A stretch of 18,721 nucleotides of DNA. Source: Gammaproteobacteria bacterium (GTDB taxonomy: Bacteria > Pseudomonadota > Gammaproteobacteria > UBA4575). The translations under genes and the position numbers were made by a program. Shown here one piece after another: positions 16,979-18,721 of this stretch. The notes below the pieces were generated by a model that saw only the letters and a list, made by a program, of their open reading frames with translations, did no database searches and was not told the origin of the DNA. Numbering within the stretch: position 1 is the stretch's first letter; every line of letters starts with the position of its first letter. The stretch lies in assembly GCA_965221955.1 (NCBI GenBank), contig CBDCTA010000008.1:1-18721 (forward strand). The letters are read 5' to 3'.

Positions 16979-17593
16979 TTACTTATAATTTAACTGTTTG
17001 CATAAAGTATCAATTAATAACTCAGCAATATCATTTATATTTTCAATTTCAGCATAGTCAGTAACTTGCGTAACCTTTAATCCAGCAAAGCCACATGGAT
17101 TAATCATATTAAATGGAGAAAGATCCATATCCACATTTAATGCTAAGCCATGATAACTACAACCACCATGAACACGTAAACCAAGCGATGCAATTTTCGC
17201 ATCATTCACATAAACTCCATGCGCTTCTGCACGCGCTTCAGATTCAATATTATAGTGCTTTAATAAACTAACTACTGAATCTTCTAGTTTTTCCACTAAC
17301 TGCTTTACCCCAATTGATTTACGCTTGAGGTCAATCATCAGGTACATAATCAGCTGGCCAGGGCCGTGGTATGTTACTTGCCCACCTCTATCTGACTGAA
17401 CAATTGCAATATCCGTTTGCTGTAGAATATGTTGTGGATCTGCATTGGCGCCTAAAGTGAAAACAGGAGGATGTTGTAAGCACCAAATTTCGTCAAGGAA
17501 TTTTGAGTCACGGTCATGCGTAAATTTACGCATTTTTTCAAATACAGTGTTGTATTCTTGAAGCCCTAAATTTCTTATTTGTACCTCTTGCAT
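16979..17593 (-). CDS. lipB: Lipoyl(octanoyl) transferase
   Basis: [43 protein letters not shown]; adjacent to lipA. Confidence 0.96.
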   Translation of the reverse strand: MQEVQIRNLGLQEYNTVFEKMRKFTHDRDSKFLDEIWCLQHPPVFTLGANADPQHILQQTDIAIVQSDRGGQVTYHGPGQLIMYLMIDLKRKSIGVKQLVEKLEDSVVSLLKHYNIESEARAEAHGVYVNDAKIASLGLRVHGGCSYHGLALNVDMDLSPFNMINPCGFAGLKVTQVTDYAEIENINDIAELLIDTLCKQLNYK

Positions 17594-17602
17594 TTTAGAA
17601 GT

Positions 17603-17866
17603 TTATAAAGCCATGATGACCCATTCCGATGCAGTCAACTCATAATAAATACCATCCAAGTGTTCCTGGCTAGTAGCATTTACTATCACCGTAATACTAC
17701 AGTAATTTTTTTGCTTGCTCTCAGTTTCTTTGATTTCGGTGCTTTCGAAATCACTTAGGTGTTTTCTCATTATTTCAATCACCGCTTGATGAAAACCATG
17801 ATGATTTTTTCCCATTATTTTTATGGGAAACTCACATGGAAATTTCAGCAACGATTCGTCCGACAT
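17603..17866 (-). CDS. ybeD: YbeD/DUF493 family protein
   Basis: LLKFPCEFPIKIMG...SKQKNYCSIT...QEHLDGIY; conserved position upstream of lipB. Confidence 0.92.
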   Translation of the reverse strand: MSDESLLKFPCEFPIKIMGKNHHGFHQAVIEIMRKHLSDFESTEIKETESKQKNYCSITVIVNATSQEHLDGIYYELTASEWVIMAL

Positions 17867-17880
17867 AGATGACTAATAAA

Positions 17881-18720
17881 TCAGTTTTGCACTTTTCGCT
17901 GTTGATAAAGATCATAGGTTTTTCCCCAAAGCGCACCCGGCTTACCATCTGCTATCAGGTTTTGATCAATTTTAGTTGCTGCAAGCACTTCTTTAGTAGA
18001 GCTGGTGATCCATACTTCATCAGATGAATATAACCATTGTTTAGGAATCGCCTGCTGCTTATATTCAACATCTAACTCTTTCAATAATTCCAAAATAAAG
18101 TCACGAGTAATACCCGGTAAAATTAAATTATCTTTCGGATGAGTAAACACCGTGCCATCACGCACTACAAATAAATTACTCGCAGCACCTTCTAATGCAT
18201 GATCATCACGCACCATAATTGCTTCTACTGCCGAAGCCTGCAACGCCTCTTGTTTAGAAAGTATATTTGCCAACAAGCTTATGACTTTAATATCACATCG
18301 TTGCCAACGAATATCATCACAAGTAATCAACTCAACTCCATTCTGTAAATGCTCGTCGGGCACAACAGGTAATGGATTAGCCATCGCAAAAACGGTCGCT
18401 TGCGTGGCTTGTGGAAATACATGGTCGCGTGGCGCAACACCGCGTGTTACCTGAATATAGATCGCTAAGTCTTTATGTTCAGACTGTTGAATTAAAGCAC
18501 TGATGAGTGTTTGCCACTCGGCAATAGAATACGGATTTTCAATACGAATTTCCGCCATACTACGCTGCAAACGTTCTAAATGTTGATCTAGATAGAAAGC
18601 CTTGTTGTTATACACTGGTAACAATTCATAAATCCCATCACCAAATACAAAGCCGCGATCTAAAGGCGATATATGACATTGTTCTAAAGGCAAATACTCG
18701 CCATTGAGAAATGCTGGAGC
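17881..18720 (-). CDS. dat: D-amino acid aminotransferase (PLP fold IV), start outside window
   Basis: Frame is open to the window end (APAFLNGEYLPL...). LDRGFVFGDGIYE, IYIQVTRG...RDH, RWQRCDIK (PLP Lys), EGAASNLF, ILPGITR, EVWITSSTKE. Confidence 0.88.
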   Translation of the reverse strand, partial: APAFLNGEYLPLEQCHISPLDRGFVFGDGIYELLPVYNNKAFYLDQHLERLQRSMAEIRIENPYSIAEWQTLISALIQQSEHKDLAIYIQVTRGVAPRDHVFPQATQATVFAMANPLPVVPDEHLQNGVELITCDDIRWQRCDIKVISLLANILSKQEALQASAVEAIMVRDDHALEGAASNLFVVRDGTVFTHPKDNLILPGITRDFILELLKELDVEYKQQAIPKQWLYSSDEVWITSSTKEVLAATKIDQNLIADGKPGALWGKTYDLYQQRKVQN

Positions 18721-18721
18721 A

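Overview
AT-rich bacterial chromosomal segment. Gene content and order point to a gammaproteobacterium; taxonomy is inferred, not searched. Housekeeping genes are argE (5'-truncated by the window), argA, tag, amgK-murU and a minus-strand dat-ybeD-lipB-lipA-DUF218 block. Two accessory patches are interleaved. Patch 1, between argE and argA, holds a bacterial voltage-gated cation channel with the acidic filter TLEDWTD and four opposite-strand exported or membrane genes, including a PA2779-like protein. Patch 2, after argA, holds a membrane-anchored cold-shock protein coupled to a small His-containing membrane protein, a stand-alone BLUF photoreceptor preceded by a good sigma-28 (FliA)-type promoter, two hypotheticals, an OsmC protein and a tightly packed GST-tag-hypothetical-glutaredoxin-lemA-DUF2207-amgK run. 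A 145-bp palindromic, MITE-like element with 17-bp terminal inverted repeats lies between amgK and murU. lipA and the DUF2207 gene are each split by an apparent single-base insertion, most simply sequencing error. I saw no tRNA, rRNA, CRISPR array, integrase or transposase. No clearly new multi-gene system can be proven from sequence alone. The best leads are the sigma-28/BLUF unit, the TLEDWTD channel, the membrane-tethered CSD pair and the palindromic element.
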